DNA of 64,000 bases. Origin: Octopus sinensis. Lineage: Eukaryota. The position numbers and the translations under genes were made by a program. Under the pieces are notes generated by a model that did no database searches, was not told the DNA's origin, and worked only from the letters and a program-made list of their open reading frames with translations. Of the stretch, positions 13,178-26,982 are shown piece after piece. The stretch spans positions 17,918,001 to 17,982,000 of the forward strand of contig NC_043012.1 in the NCBI RefSeq assembly GCF_006345805.1. The letters are read 5' to 3'. Positions within the stretch are counted from its first letter, which is position 1, and every line of letters begins with the position of its first letter.

Positions 13178-14075
13178 ACTCTCGAGCACGTCAGGAATTC
13201 AGCGTGACTAACAGTCTATAGAAGACCAAAGTACTGGGCCAATGTGAGAATCATCACCATCAGAAACAACAACCTGGAGGTATTCACCTATCTCAGCTCT
13301 GTCCTCTGTGCGGATCTCCCCCTCGACCCTGAGATCAGCAGGCGAATTGGACAAGCATTCTCCACATATACTAGGCTCACAAAGAGAGTCAAGGGAAACA
13401 GAAAACTGTCCGAAAGCACTGAGATTGATGTCCATAAGAAGTGCATCCTCAGTAATTTACTGCAGTGAGACCGGGAGCCTCTACCCCAGACAGGAGTGGC
13501 GTTTCAACGTATTCCGTCTTCGTAATATGAGAAGCATCTTGGATATCAAATGGAGCGGCCATATCACCAACACCGGAGTCCTCAACCAAGCCAAGATATC
13601 CAGCATACTCATCCTGCTGTAGCAGCGTCGCGTTTGCGCTGGATTGGTCTTGTGCATCGCATGCCAGACGGGAGGATCTCAAAAGACCTCCTATGCGGAG
13701 AATTGGTCGCCGGTACAAGAGTACGAGGACGATCTCAACTTCATATCAGGGACGTGTGCAAGAGAGATATGAAGTCGCTAGATCTGTACGTCCTGAGATG
13801 GGAAGAGGTCACACATGATTGCCCACACTGAAAGGGGATGAAGCGAGCGGAAGAACAACAAGAACTCGCCACCAAGGAAAAGCGCACTCAACAGAGGGAA
13901 ACACCAGTAACACCGGTCGTAGGCTCGTTCAAATGCAGTCGTTATATGCGTGACTGCCACTCCATTGTGGGCCTCCACGCCCAGAGCAGGCACTTCAATA
14001 CAATCAGCAGCTGACACAATGTCTTCGGGTGCAGATCCGCAGTCTCTCGAGACCAACAGATGCCTACTACTGCTA
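13178..14075 (+). mobile_element. 5'-truncated RTE-clade (BovB-like) LINE, frameshifted
   Basis: FTYLSS...EISRRIGQA...RLRWIGLVHRMPDGRISKDLLCGEL...RGR; terminal CxxC/H-like remnant; short (ACT)n tail. Confidence 0.9.
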
Positions 14076-14087
14076 GTATCACCCTCG

Positions 14088-14126
<39 letters not shown>

Positions 14127-15987
14127 ACACACACACACCTTCATTTAGACACATATATGTATATTCTTTTTATTTATTTCCTGCCGAGTGCAATAAATAT
14201 AAAAGTGCTCAACCCAATATTTTGCTAGAAGTGTGTAGAGCCGGATATATGTTAAATCGTGTGAAGTAAGCAGAGATTACACGACCAAACTATAATTTAC
14301 ATTCGATTCCCTATCCATTCAATCGTCGCATACGTCAGAGGATAGAAAAGGCATGCAAGAGAATGACTCTGATAGTGGTGTGTAATCCCTAGCTATCACA
14401 CGATAATTAATACAGGCAAATATACGCTCGTCCTCACACTTACAAGCATACATTTGTATATGTGTGCGTTTGCAAGTATATACGTGTGCATGTTTCTATA
14501 TGGGAACATAGTTGATGGTCGTATACAAACATATTTCTTTTGGGTGTTTCACTCTTTGAAGCTAAGGCAATGTTCAATCATGCTTATATTAACAGTATTT
14601 CACGAAACGTTTTATTTCAGCAGGTTTCTCTTGTGAGGAACATTTATCCCATTGTTAAGTTCCATTCGAATGGAAAAATTGACCACCTCAATTCCCTTCA
14701 CTGATGCCGATAATATCCTTCTATAATTCCCCTAACCTTATACGGAAATAACATGAATGTAAAGGCCCTGATTATCGCGGCAAAATGTGTCGACCAAACA
14801 CTTTCCATTCCCAGTTGAAAGTTGTATACTTCCCTTGCGCTCTTAATGCTCTCGATAAAAGCTTAAAAGGCACGTAATCTCATAGCTCTTTCTCTCTCTC
14901 TCTCTGTTTCTCTCTCTTTCACTCTCACTCTCTTGCGAATCTGAATCTTTGCCCGAAGTGCCTAATCAATATCATTGATCTGAATACCAGTCTTTGAATT
15001 GCAAAGGACAATACTGACTTATCGATATTCATTGCTGACTTTCAAACCAAAAATATAAATCTACGTTTGATCAGTTTTCCGAAGTAGCCTAATAGTTTCC
15101 TATTTGTGTCTTTGTGATACTCCCATTTCCCATCCAAATCTATTAGCGTTTTTTTTTCTTTCTTTTAGCAATATATTATCATTGAAGGTTGAGTATTTTG
15201 TAAGCGTCGTAGCAATTATATAGAAGCACGTTTTTCTTGGTTGTTCTGTTAATCGTAGTTAGGTTTCATATCATAAAATCAATGTATTCGATTTCATTCA
15301 CGAATACGAATACATTACGAGCAAGTGATGTCAAAAATCTTTGAAATCTCACACTTTGTGTGTATGAAACCCATTGAGGCTGTTTTTATGAGGATTTTCG
15401 AAGAGCACCAGAAAGTGATAATCATAGATCCAGTGTGTTTTGAATTAAGAGTAAACCAAAAATCTATATGTCCCTACGCCAGCATAGTTAAACGTTCACG
15501 AACATGTATCAAGGAAAACGGAAAAAAAACCCAACTGCATAGGCATTCTTGGTATACGATGTCAGTTTAAGCTTCGAAGGATCAAAAAGAAAGTAAGAAG
15601 TGAGCAAATTTTGAAGAATTGCCCTGCATCGGAGAAAAACAGAGAAAAAAAGAAATGTAAATTGAAAACATTCTGCGAAATTTCTTTTACCAACACCATT
15701 CTATGGCATCCTCAAAACATTTATTTTCCTTTACTTCTGCGATTGATAGAGACTGAGAGTAATATGCGGAACATGGATTACGTCCTATATCCTTCTTAGA
15801 TCGTTAAACTACTACTATATGTTCCATAATTATGTTTGTTTATCCTTTAGTGATAACATTTCCCACCAAACAATAAAATTAACAATGCTTCCTTATTTAA
15901 TAAATTATTCACATGTATGATCTTAAAAATGTAAATGAATGCTGACATATGACACATAAAATGCTAACTATAAATAATTTTTGATGT

Positions 15988-16033
15988 TACAGAACGTTTC
16001 GGCTGGTATACCCTCCAGCCTTCATCAGGTGTC
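15988..16033 (-). ncRNA. Minimal type I hammerhead ribozyme motif (stem I partly mutated)
   Basis: GACAC-CUGAUGA-A-GGCUGG(AGGGUAUA)CCAGCC-GAA-ACGU-U-CUGUA: intact core, 6-bp stem II, palindromic ACGU stem III. The second partial copy at 16472 retains GUGUU to pair with GACAC. Confidence 0.75.
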
Positions 16034-16135
16034 TTAGGGGAAATTTCGAACCTTGGTGCTTATTTCTAAGGTATGTTTCGATGTTGTTGTTATTATTATT
16101 ATTATTAATAATATCATTATTATCATTTATATGCA

Positions 16136-16208
16136 GGTCACTGCTCGCAATCGAACTCGAAATCTTGGGGTTAGTAGCCCGCGCTCTTAACCAGTACGTC
16201 ATATACCC
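16136..16208 (-). promoter_or_regulatory. tRNA-like Pol III cassette (A and B boxes) inside the PLE terminal repeat
   Basis: A-box TGACGTACTGGTT (16189-16201), anticodon-arm-like GGGCTACTAACCC, B-box GAGTTCGATTG (16148-16158). Confidence 0.65.
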
Positions 16209-16238
16209 GTGGTCAATTATGGAGTGAATTTTTAGGGC

Positions 16239-16470
16239 TTATAAATCTGATATTTTCTTATCCTTCCTTAATACCAGTTCCCATATGCTTTTCATATCTG
16301 CATTCGGTCTGCTTAGGAGATTGTTGTGTTCTAGCATATGTGCTGCTTCTTGTAGGTTTCGTATTTTTCATTGGTGTTTAACTTCATTCCACAGGGGGAT
16401 GTGACCTCCATTTTTCCATACATAATCAGCTATACCCGATTTATCAATATTTCCTCGTGTCACAGCTTTT
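16239..16470 (-). pseudogene. PLE GIY-YIG endonuclease C-terminal fragment
   Basis: Hand translation KAVTRGNIDKSGIADYVWKNGGHIPLWNEVK/HQ*KIRNLQEAAHMLEHNNLLSRPN...DL*, with a small deletion and an internal stop. Confidence 0.8.
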
Positions 16471-17246
16471 AAGGGTATATCAACCGAAGCGTTGTGTTAA
16501 CAACAAATAAGACAGATATTCGTCAAATGCAAAGAATGTAAATAATTTCTGATGTTGTTAAACTCTGAGGAAAACATTACTCAAACATTAATAATATATT
16601 ACTTCCCATGTTCAGGAGATATCTCCGAAAATAATTCGTTCTTATTATGTTCTCATAGATCATACTGTACTTATCTGAAATGGGTGTTAGGGAGTCACTA
16701 CAAAATATGTTAGGACACTAACGCTAAGAAAATCTTTACAACAAATTTGTTTTCAGTCTGATGCATTCGCTGTCCTGGGTAGCAAAAATACTTTCTGGAT
16801 CTGAATAAATCTGTAGCTACATAGCCGAGTACGACGGCCTACGATGAGTTCGTATTCAACAAAGAATGCTATCAGTTTCCTGATCAAATATATCACGGGG
16901 CTGATATTTATTCTTCACATGAGACGTGAAAATATAGTTTCATAAAGCCAGCGCTATGTCTTCTAAAACTTTTATGAATCAGTGAAATTAGTCTCGAGAA
17001 ACAAGTAATCGAAGGTGACTGAAACATGGAATCGGAATGTTTGATGAGAGTGTTGGAAATAGATATTTTTGGAAACTAATGCAAAGCAAAGCACTATTGC
17101 TTTGGGTGACTTTAGGACAAGTTGAATTCATTTGATAAGACACTCAGTTTCGTCGATGACGACATTTCCCCCTGCATATGGCTTCCTGGACTCACCTACA
17201 AGACAGCAGGATATTGCAGACATGCCGTAACAACAGCAGCGTGGAC

Positions 17247-17745
17247 GCGCAATGGCTCAGTGTTTAGGGGAGCAGACTCGCTATCGTAAGAATGCGGTTT
17301 CGATTCTCAGACCGAGAATTGTGACTTTTTATTGAGCAAAAATACCTAAGCTACACGAGGCTCCGGCGGGGTGGTGGTGGTAGTGAACCCCGCTCTACTC
17401 TTTCACCACAACTTTCTCTCACTCTTTCTTCCTACTTATGCCACAAAGCAGAGGAACCATTGTGTAACCCATTATGGTGTGGTAAACTTCCAGACCCTAG
17501 TCTAGATTGTGAATCCTCTGTACCCCAGGCTGGTTCAGCTCTCCACCCGTTTAAAAACCACCGTTTTCACGGAATAAGGATAAAGACGTGCAACCGCCAG
17601 TCTATCGCATGTGGTGGGTAGATCTTCAAGTTGCCGCACGCATTCTTAGTAGCTTAGAGTAGGCTCGAATTAGAGATTATTCTTTCTAGCTAATGCCGTG
17701 AGTACTGATTGGAAGAAGAAGAATAAGAATAAGAAGAAGAAGGCA
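17247..17745 (+). mobile_element. tRNA-derived SINE family E with (GAA)n tail
   Basis: A-box TGGCTCAGTGTT, B-box-like GGTTTCGATTCT, ends GAAGAAGAAGAATAAGAATAAGAAGAAGAAG. Confidence 0.6.
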
Positions 17746-18165
17746 ACAGCAGCCACGATGCATCTGTGATTAGACATCTTCCAACCTCCTATTGAACCAT
17801 GAATCTGTGAGCGCCAAAGCAGTTTTAAATCTTGCTAGCCAACCATATTGAATACGTGTATCAATCAACAACATTATTTACTAGTGCGTTGTGGGTTCTC
17901 TATTCGTCGTATCTATTATTTTCACACTTTATTCTTTGCTGACTGTTTTCGCAACAGCCTCATTGCCTTGTATACAGGGCACGTTAATCGACGACACCTT
18001 CTCAAGCAAGTTGTATTTTATTATATATTAACAGTTTAGCAATCAAAACGAACAAACATATATACATACATACAGCCAGGTGTATATTTCTTATATGGAC
18101 ACGAACACGCTTGTGTCCTATGCATAAATACACACACACACACTCTGTTTGTCACTCTCTATGCT

Positions 18166-18216
<51 letters not shown>

Positions 18217-18262
18217 TATATATATAATATATATATATATATGTATAAATTTGAAGTGAGTC

Positions 18263-18306
<44 letters not shown>

Positions 18307-19536
18307 TTATGACTCTCCTCAAATTTGTTAGACGGCCACTATATTCGCATCTCTTTGAAGGTCTGTGCTTTAAATGAAAAAGGTTTTCGAAGCAAACTTT
18401 GAAGCGCTTTGTTGTTTCTCATCGTGAAGAATTGGTCAAGACGTGTGTGTATCTGGTTCTCTCTTCTATTTCCCGAAAGAAAGGTGGTGGCCATGGCTAT
18501 GAAATATTCACTCTCGCTAGGAGGTAGAACGTCTTCCCCAGTTTTGTTTTACACTTTGTATCTGATGAGGACATTTTCAACAGCGCAGAGTTGTAACCAC
18601 ATTTAACAGGTAGTCAAGTACCCCAAGGCATCAATTATTCGCATTATGCCTCACATATATGTACAATTGAAAAACCATACTGCTGTAAGTTCAACTAAAA
18701 AAATATAAATATGCATTGTAAACTTGTTCACACTAGGCACAAATATTCTACGACGAATTCATGCAAGTGAATACATACCGAAACATAAAATTTCTCGTAT
18801 TTATGAATCGATTTCACCATATATATTTATCTCACTCACATATGTTATATGCAGTTATTGATTAATATATCATAATAAGTTGTATACATAAATGCATAAT
18901 TAACTCTATTGAATTCAATGAAAGACGTGGAATAGCAAGCATTACCTTTAATATTAAATACATAAACGAAAGGCAAAAGCTATAACGTTGAATCGAAGTC
19001 GCGCAATAGATTTCATTATCCTTGTAAGATCACCCACCAACCTTTCTCTTCACACCTTGCATTTATTCCGTACTACAATGTTACTCTATTATTATTCGTT
19101 CTACAAGAATCACATTAACACCATGCAATTCAAGATTTCCATTCGTTCTATTAGTTCGAGGTGTTATAGTTAAGTCTGATAGTCTATTAAAATCGCTCTC
19201 GATATCTAACTGGTATTTATTGATACTAAAGGAGCAAACTGCTAGCACGATCTTAGGTGGAAATAATGTAATACATATAGATAATTAACGAAGGTATAAA
19301 GATGAGATTTGATCTGCATGCTTTCTTTGATACATTCAAGAAAATGCGCATGCTGAGCTCAACACATTGTTTGTGTACTAAAAATTATAATGTTGCAATT
19401 TCTTAGGTCGCTGGACAAATAAACGCAATGATACTTTTTAAAACCATGCCATTTGTGTTACAGTGTCTTGTACACTGACTTAACAATTTGCAAAACGTAC
19501 AAAAAAATACCACTTGTTTAAATCATGGAAATTGAA

Positions 19537-19594
19537 GAGTATGATAATATATACACAAGGGACCCGAGTATGATAATATATACACATGGAACCT
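19537..19594. repeat. 29-bp tandem duplication
   Basis: GAGTATGATAATATATACACAAGGGACCC / GAGTATGATAATATATACACATGGAACCT. Confidence 0.85.
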
Positions 19595-20724
19595 GTGAGA
19601 TAAATCATGCACAAATATCAAAGCTTTTATGATCTAATGAATTATTTAAGGAATACTTGCATTTTGCACTCTGCCCTCGACGATTCATAAAATCCTTGCT
19701 TTAATCTAGTTTCTCTAGAGATTCTTGACTGAGAAAGAATCGCTGCCTGTAATACACAAGAGAATTTTGCAGCAATCGTGTTGCGAAAGACTATTATATA
19801 TAATTTTGAAAGGTAAACTATGGTAATATAATTCATTTTCACGTAAATGTACATAGCGTTAATGACATTATTATATCAGAACTATATAGAGACATACAAA
19901 GACATGCATTTATCAAGGAAATAAGCAGCTTAATTGAAGATAGAAAACCGAAATAGCGATGTGGCTTCGATTTTCCGGAAGCTTACATCATGCCCTCTCT
20001 TAAAACCGCTGATTGATTTATTTATCATACCGCGTAATTGTGATGTTTGATCTTGAATATAATGTGTTGTTATATAAACACAAGTCAATAGAAATAATAA
20101 TCCTCTCTAAAGCTACGATAAACCTCCTCAAATGGGATTTCGTTTTACATTCCGACACTTAACAAAGTATCCCTATTTAAGTGGCCTGGCGATAAGGGAT
20201 AGTATAGTATCCCCGTTAAGCCGTTTCACACAACGCTTATCAGTACAAATGAAGAGAAATTGCGTGAAACGAGAAACAAAATCTGGTCATATTTTAAATT
20301 CGACAGAGGCTACAACTAGATCAATGACACGATTTTACAAGCTATGCTATAATCGATTCTAGCACCTCTTATTATCTCCCTAGTAAAGACTTTTGATGAT
20401 CAGGGTATGAAAAAAAACCCAAAACCTTCTACCCCACCAAAAAAAAAAAAAAACAATATATAAAGCACTCTGAGCCATCCCTCGATGTAACGTGAACTCT
20501 GTAGAAAGAGATAACGGGGGAAAAATACTGATGCAGAACGTTCCTATTAATAACGTCGACCACATATCCTGCGACAAATCCATTGTAAGCTGAATATTTA
20601 AGCAGCATGGAAATTAATACCAAGTTGCTGCTTATACCATTCTTATACACATGTCAAATCTCATTATATTAGCCCACTTTCATCTGTCATTTTTCATAAC
20701 ATAGACGCTTCTTCAACATATTAC

Positions 20725-20727
20725 TCT

Positions 20728-20799
<72 letters not shown>

Positions 20800-20885
20800 C
20801 ACCACCACCACCACCACTACTACTACTACTACATAATCGCAATAACAACACCACCAACAGCAACAACGACAGTAATAATAACAAG
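20725..20885. repeat. (TAC)n(CAC)n trinucleotide tract
   Basis: Directly visible. Confidence 0.9.
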
Positions 20886-22781
20886 AATAATAATACAAAA
20901 GTAATCATCTTGTGCTTCTTTCCTTTCACTTTCATACTAGTAGTATATTCCTTCTCACCGGCCGCCATCTCTCTCATATCCCCATTTTTTTCTTCCTGTT
21001 TTACTTCTACATTCCATTTGAAAATAAATCAAGAAAGGTTTAAAATAGATTGTCAAACATCAGAATGAGATATTCAAGTCGCTTCCAACGTGGAAACGTC
21101 AAGAAATATCTAAAGAAAATGTGTACATCAAACGTGCTCCTTCTATTACTATAGTAACTTGGTTATAATAAATTATGGACGTGTGATCAACATCTGCTGG
21201 AAAACGAAGGCATTGCAGATACAAAGACGTAAATTATATTGCTTCATATTTCACTGTCAATTTTTTGTATTGTAAATTTCATAATTAAAAGTATCTGTAG
21301 ACGTTTCTTTCATTTATTCAACAAACAGCAATACACAGCTTTTCACTATGTCATTCATAAAAATTAATACTCAGTGACTCAGTCTTCTGTTAGATAACAA
21401 CAAAAGAAAACTGCGTAACTTCAGTCTCCACTCTGGTTCCATACTTTTATGTGCATTTCTAGTTTTGTACAAAATTACGGCTTCTATATTAGGAATTATT
21501 GTTATTATTATTGTGTGTGTATCTTTTAAAGGGCAAATGTATGAGCAATACAACTGTGTACTTGTGCATATACACCTGTCGTCGCACATTATTACAGCTT
21601 TATTATTAGGTGGCTATTTATATAAGTCCTTAGGTAAAGATGATTAAAGCATTATAGAGAAAATGTAAAAACAAAAAAAAAAAGATGTACGTGGCCCAGG
21701 AATCTCTAACATTATTAATTGCGAAGTTCCTCACTCAGTTATATCCTCCCAGTCTTCTTCCCTATTATATTAAAAATCTTTGCTTGAATAAATCTGACAG
21801 TTCATCCGTAAATCCAGCAATGAAATAATGGTTCATATGCGTGTTTGTTAACATGGCAAAGTATCTGAAAAATCAATCTCTCTTCCCGTCCAATTCAAGT
21901 TCACTGATTTAATACATCATTTTTCTTTGTGTTCCCATCTGAGTTATGTTCTAACTCCTCATTTCATCATTCCCGTCTTAGTATTGTAATGTGCCTTTCC
22001 TTCAGAACTGATTTAACCGAATTTCATTTAATACGTAGACGGGTAGAAACGCATGCATACAAAGTTATACATGACGACGTACGCGCTATTAAACACGGGT
22101 TCACAAACTTTTACAAGAATAATATGCGACAGTATGTTACAGATTTCTATATTTCTTTTATACCAGAATATGCTAAACACCTACAAAATTCAACCATTAA
22201 TTTTAATGTTAATTTCAAATTATATTTTCCATTAATGAATTTGACATCATTTGTTTATGGTCTAAAGAAAAGTGATGCTAGTGATGTGCTCCCAGTAGGT
22301 TTGCATCGATATTAATACAGGCTGCCATCAATTTTGATAAACACATGACTTTATAATTTCAACTGTAACATAGATGTCTTTATGCATCGGGCTTCTTGCA
22401 GCTTCATATTTTAAACTCTTTAGTTCTGTGCATCAGGGTAACCAAATTGGATGTTAAGTATTTCTTAGATTAAGAAGAATGAATGCATGGTATATACAGA
22501 TCAGGTATGTTTGCCACCGCTAAAATAATTATTGGCGCAATAAAAATAGAAATACTAATTCATCAAATTTAAGAAAAAGATTTAGATTGTGCATAGGGTT
22601 ATTAATACAAACATACATATTTTCTCTCCCTGTTTCTTTCTGTGTTCCTTTCTTTGGAAGAGCGTAGGCTCAAAACGTTAAAGACTTTTTCACTTCCTGA
22701 GCGTTAAACATGGTTGTTTCTACACCACCTGTCTTCATCTTTTGATTTTTGTGAATTCTCCCTATATAATTATATATATAT

Positions 22782-22789
<8 letters not shown>

Positions 22790-22818
<29 letters not shown>

Positions 22819-22890
22819 TGTATGTATGTGTGTATGTATGTACGTATGTATGTATGTATGTATGTATGTATGTATGTATGTATGTATGTA
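22790..22890. repeat. (TATG)n microsatellite
   Basis: Directly visible. Confidence 0.9.
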
Positions 22891-22996
22891 TATGTTATGT
22901 TGTCATGTATGGAATTTGTGGAAAAGAAAAAAAACTTTGCAAATGTTTTATAAATACAAGGAATAGTTTTATTCATCAAACTATACGTACACATTG

Positions 22997-23383
22997 TCAA
23001 TATACTTTTGCTATTTCAGCGGTAGCTTGTACAGCCCGGAAGTAAAAAATATCTAGCAATATAGAGTCAATAAAATCTTGGAAGGCCTGTTTTATACCAT
23101 CATCGGAATTAAATTTTTTTCCTATCAAAACATTATCCAAATTCTGGAAGACTTTGTAATCAGTGGGTGCAAGATCAGGTGAGTATTCTGGATGATGGAG
23201 AACTTCCAACTCCAAATCCTGTAGTTTCGCCAATGTGGTTTTTGCGATGTGTGCTCTGGCGTTGTTTTGCAATAAAATAGGTGTGGACTTTTTAACTAAT
23301 CTAGGCTTTTTTATTGTACGTTTCTGCATCATTTGGTCCAGTTGGCCGCAGTATACTTCGGCCGTCATTGATAATGAAATCAT
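22997..23383 (-). mobile_element. mariner (DD34D) transposase C-terminal fragment
   Basis: LLQNNARAH...HPEYSPDLAPTDYKVFQNLDN matches HDNARPH...YSPDLAPSDY. Confidence 0.9.
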
Positions 23384-23479
23384 AATGGATCACACATTCG
23401 CCAGACCACCAAAGATATTAATTCGAAAAGAACTGCTGCAATCCGCAGTACGATCCGTATTGGTGGAATTCAAAATACG

Positions 23480-23740
23480 AATGGCACACACCGTATCTCT
23501 CTCAAGGAAGCTCCTAACAAAAAACAGGCCAGGATATGATACCAAGATATGTATATTGCCCAAATGCACGATGAAAAATAAAAAAAATATATGTCTGGTG
23601 CCCTACGTGATGTATAAAAACAAGTGTTGTAAATATAACGAATTCTACATTGGATGTACCACTGGACATTGCAGAAACCAGTTAAAGACCGTGTTTTCAT
23701 TGAAGCTACTGAAAGAAATACTGGGAAAATGATGAAGTAC
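23480..23740 (+). pseudogene. Possible decayed PLE GIY-YIG fragment
   Basis: KLLTKNRP...CLVPYVMYKNKCCKYNEFYIGCTTGHCRNQL resembles NVIYxIxCxxCxxxYIGxT. Confidence 0.45.
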
Positions 23741-24208
23741 AACCCAGTTATAAGGAAACAAAACGAATCGCAAGCTGCTGATTAACTACTAATGCTACAT
23801 AAAACACACTCTTCATACATACGCACGCACATTACAAAACAATGTAGTGAGCTAACAATAAGGTTTCTCCTAAAGTTTCACGAAGAATTGGTCCTAACAC
23901 AAAAGTACTGTAAAACGAGATAACAATATATGCTTTTACAACTGGCATTTAGTTTTGCTTTAAAAGTGATTAAAATCATATATGAGACAATCATTCACGA
24001 AACCTATACTTATGTGTACACCTACACACACACACACACACACATACACGCGCATATTTATAAAAACACACACTTACATGCACACACACATATTATATAT
24101 TGGGAAATATATCCCAGAAGAAAGATAATGTACTACATTTTACTATGGGAGACTTTTACATTCGATATAAGGGGGATTTATTTAAACAAAGTTTGATATG
24201 TGATGTCA

Positions 24209-24274
24209 TCAGAATAGCAGTGGTTACAATCAGGCACGTTCTCAGAATTGCAGTGGTTACAATCAGACACTTTC
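24209..24274. repeat. 33-bp tandem duplication
   Basis: TCAGAATAGCAGTGGTTACAATCAGGCACGTTC / TCAGAATTGCAGTGGTTACAATCAGACACTTTC. Confidence 0.85.
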
Positions 24275-26055
24275 TCTTTGTATTTGATAATATTACAAAT
24301 AAGAAAAAATTATTTCCGTTAAATATTATGGTGTATATGTATTAGACTTTATATATGTACGACTGGGTACAACGATTCTGAAATATATTTATCTTAGGAG
24401 TGTATGCTTCCCTTCCTTATAAAGTATGTCTGATGGAAACTTAAATGAATCGTGTCAAACTTAAACTAAACTATTGGAATGAACGTACGTGATTTGAAAC
24501 TCAATCAACTCATGATAATTATGTTTAACTTTCATCCAGACACATGTCTTGAAATGATGGCAAGTGTTGCTGCAATCAAAGAGACACCAGAGACAACATC
24601 TATCAGAATTTGCTATTTCGTCTGTGTCCACGGTTTTACTTAAAAGATATTTTGTTCTTGTGCAGTGAAACATCTAGGGAGAAATGTATTCTAAGAGATA
24701 ACTACATTGGTTAAAATGTATTAGTGTTTTAGTCAATGTAACTCATAGACACGTGCCTTTTCAGAGCGTTGCTTAAGAGTAAGCCATGAATATTTATTAT
24801 AAAGAACAGAAAAAAAACGAACTTTCTCCTGAACACGTTGGTAAATGTAACCTCACTATATAAACAGGTTACATTAGTATGTAAATCAATCAAGTTGCGT
24901 ATAATCCATTATGTATATAAATGAATAGCATGTGACTGTGTTCTCTCAACGAAAAACATGTATTAGAATATTTTGTGAATACCATGTAGCTAGGTTTATA
25001 TGCAGCAATTTTACACAGATGTATACTTTTGAACATGTGGAGTACTTATTGAGCTACCCAACGAATATAATAACGGTTCAAATCTGGAAGTGAACTGTTT
25101 TAAAGTAAAATACATAATTGAATAAGAAAATAATTCAATATACTAAGCAAAACCAAAGTAAAAGTATTTAAATTTCATTTACAACTCATTTCTTAGGAAA
25201 GCAATTGCTACAGTATGTCAGATATTTTATTATTTTTTGTAGAATTACAATACTGAATTTCTGAATAGTGACAAGCTTATATTGAACATGGCGGGGGAAA
25301 AATCCACCTCTCATTCTCCCTCTATCTTTCCCCTCTCTCTTTTTATATATGCATACATACATACATAATGCGTACGTACATATAAACATATATGCATACA
25401 TATATACAATCATGTATACATATATACATATATATATATTATAATAGATAGATGTGTATGGTATATAATATATTTATATGAAATATTATGTATAATAGAA
25501 TTCATATGGCTGTGTTAGTGTGCATATATGTGTGTGTGTGAGTATCCATGAGTATGTATGTATTTTATCAGTAAGATCAAAACTTCATAGATATTTTTTA
25601 TCACAAGCCGTACAAGTTGCCTTCGAAATCAATGAACGTAGAAAGATGGAAGAGAAACATGGAATGGATCAACCGGTTCTTTCTTAATTTTATTGGTGAG
25701 GTAAAAAAAAAAAGTACTTCTTTTGAGGTGTAATCCTTAATACATTAGCGATATGCCACCGTTATGAGCGTTCCTAAATGTTTGTGATGTGGAGCATTAA
25801 AGGAGTGATGTTCAAATGAAGTTAGATGCACTAACGTTATTGATATGTGTACAAACGATTTCGAGATCATAGTTTTGTGGCAAGAAATGATTACATTGCA
25901 TAAGAAAGACTTTTACACGCGGAACAAACACACACACACACACACACAGACAGACACGCGCGCGCGCACACATACGTACCTGTCGGTGCACGTGCGTGTT
26001 TGTGCGTGTGTACCGGTGTGTTCGTAAGCAATTTGTTTATCACATTAAGTCCCAC

Positions 26056-26132
26056 TGTCCTATAAAAAGGACACTAAATGAGAATATTATATAAGCTGTA
26101 TCACATTGTCCTAGTGTCCTATTTATAGGACA
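26056..26132. repeat. 21-bp inverted repeat made of self-palindromic arms
   Basis: TGTCCTATAAAAAGGACACTA (26056-26076) vs TAGTGTCCTATTTATAGGACA (26112-26132), 20/21 match. Confidence 0.8.
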
Positions 26133-26599
26133 CCGAGTATTTCCATTTCTACTTGAAGTAAAAGAGTTTTGATAATTAATTTTTTTCATTTTGACATATT
26201 TTCAATCATCTGTAAAATGGGTTAAGATAAAGATCTAAAGTTTCGTCATTGTCTGAAAGTAAAACTAAATAACTATGCTCCGCACGTGGCTTTCGGGGTT
26301 TGAAGCAGGGGGAGGTATAGATAGCCTTAACGGTCACGAGTACATTGGGGATTAGAGAAGATTTATCTAGGGTGTGGCCTACGGAGCAGGTTGAAAATCA
26401 AGAGACCACGTTGAGATTGCCTGCGTGGGCGTACAGAAAAAGCAATTTTATAGCTGTAAATTTGCGAGTTGGAGCACTTTGTAAATTTAAAAGTTATAAG
26501 TCGTCAAATGATGAAAATGTTCGGTTGGTTTCTTTGGAAGAAGAGCAAAAAGCTGTTCGATAGTTTGTGGCCTTCATATACAGTTATCTTTTATGTTTT

Positions 26600-26982
26600 A
26601 TCTCTCACCTATTTCAGTCATCGGACAGTAGCCATGCTGGAGCACAGCCTTGAAATTTTAGTGGAACGGATCAATCCCCGTACTTCTTTGTTTATGCCTG
26701 GTACTTATTCTATCGCTTCTTTTTACCGGACCGTATAGTTACGCGGGTGCAAACACACCAGCATCGGTTGTCAGGCGGTGATTGGTTGGGTTGCCAAACA
26801 CAAATAAACACACACACATACACACATATATAAACAACACGCTTCTTTAATTTTCCGCCTGTCAAATCTAGTCAAAAGACTGTGGTCGACCCGAGGCTAT
26901 AGTAGAAGAAAATTAGCTAAGGAGCCACACATTGAACCCGGATCCATGTGGTTGCGAAGCAAGCTCCTTACCACACAGCCAC
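26600..26982 (-). mobile_element. SINE family A, diverged
   Basis: Reverse tail TTTCAGTCAT...GCCATGCTGGAGCACAGCC and reverse head ...CTTACCACACAGCCAC. Confidence 0.8.

Larger units (their letters stand above)
15980..16545 (-). mobile_element. Penelope-like element 3' fragment with inverted pLTR piece at its 5' junction
   Basis: GIY-YIG C-terminus, tRNA-like cassette, (AAT)n and HHR on minus; 16472-16545 repeats the HHR/pLTR end on plus. Confidence 0.85.

Noticed and set aside
16136-16208. Bona fide tRNA gene
   Set aside because: The acceptor stem does not pair well and the unit is embedded in a PLE end; kept only as tRNA-like.
21929-22315. 128-aa non-repetitive ORF
   Set aside because: No motif; composition mirrors AT-rich background DNA.
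24489-24673. Cys-rich ORF with a good acceptor (TTTCTCCCTAG) and possible GTACGT donor on minus
   Set aside because: No recognisable domain or partner exons; open frames of this length are expected by chance. RNA-seq would decide.
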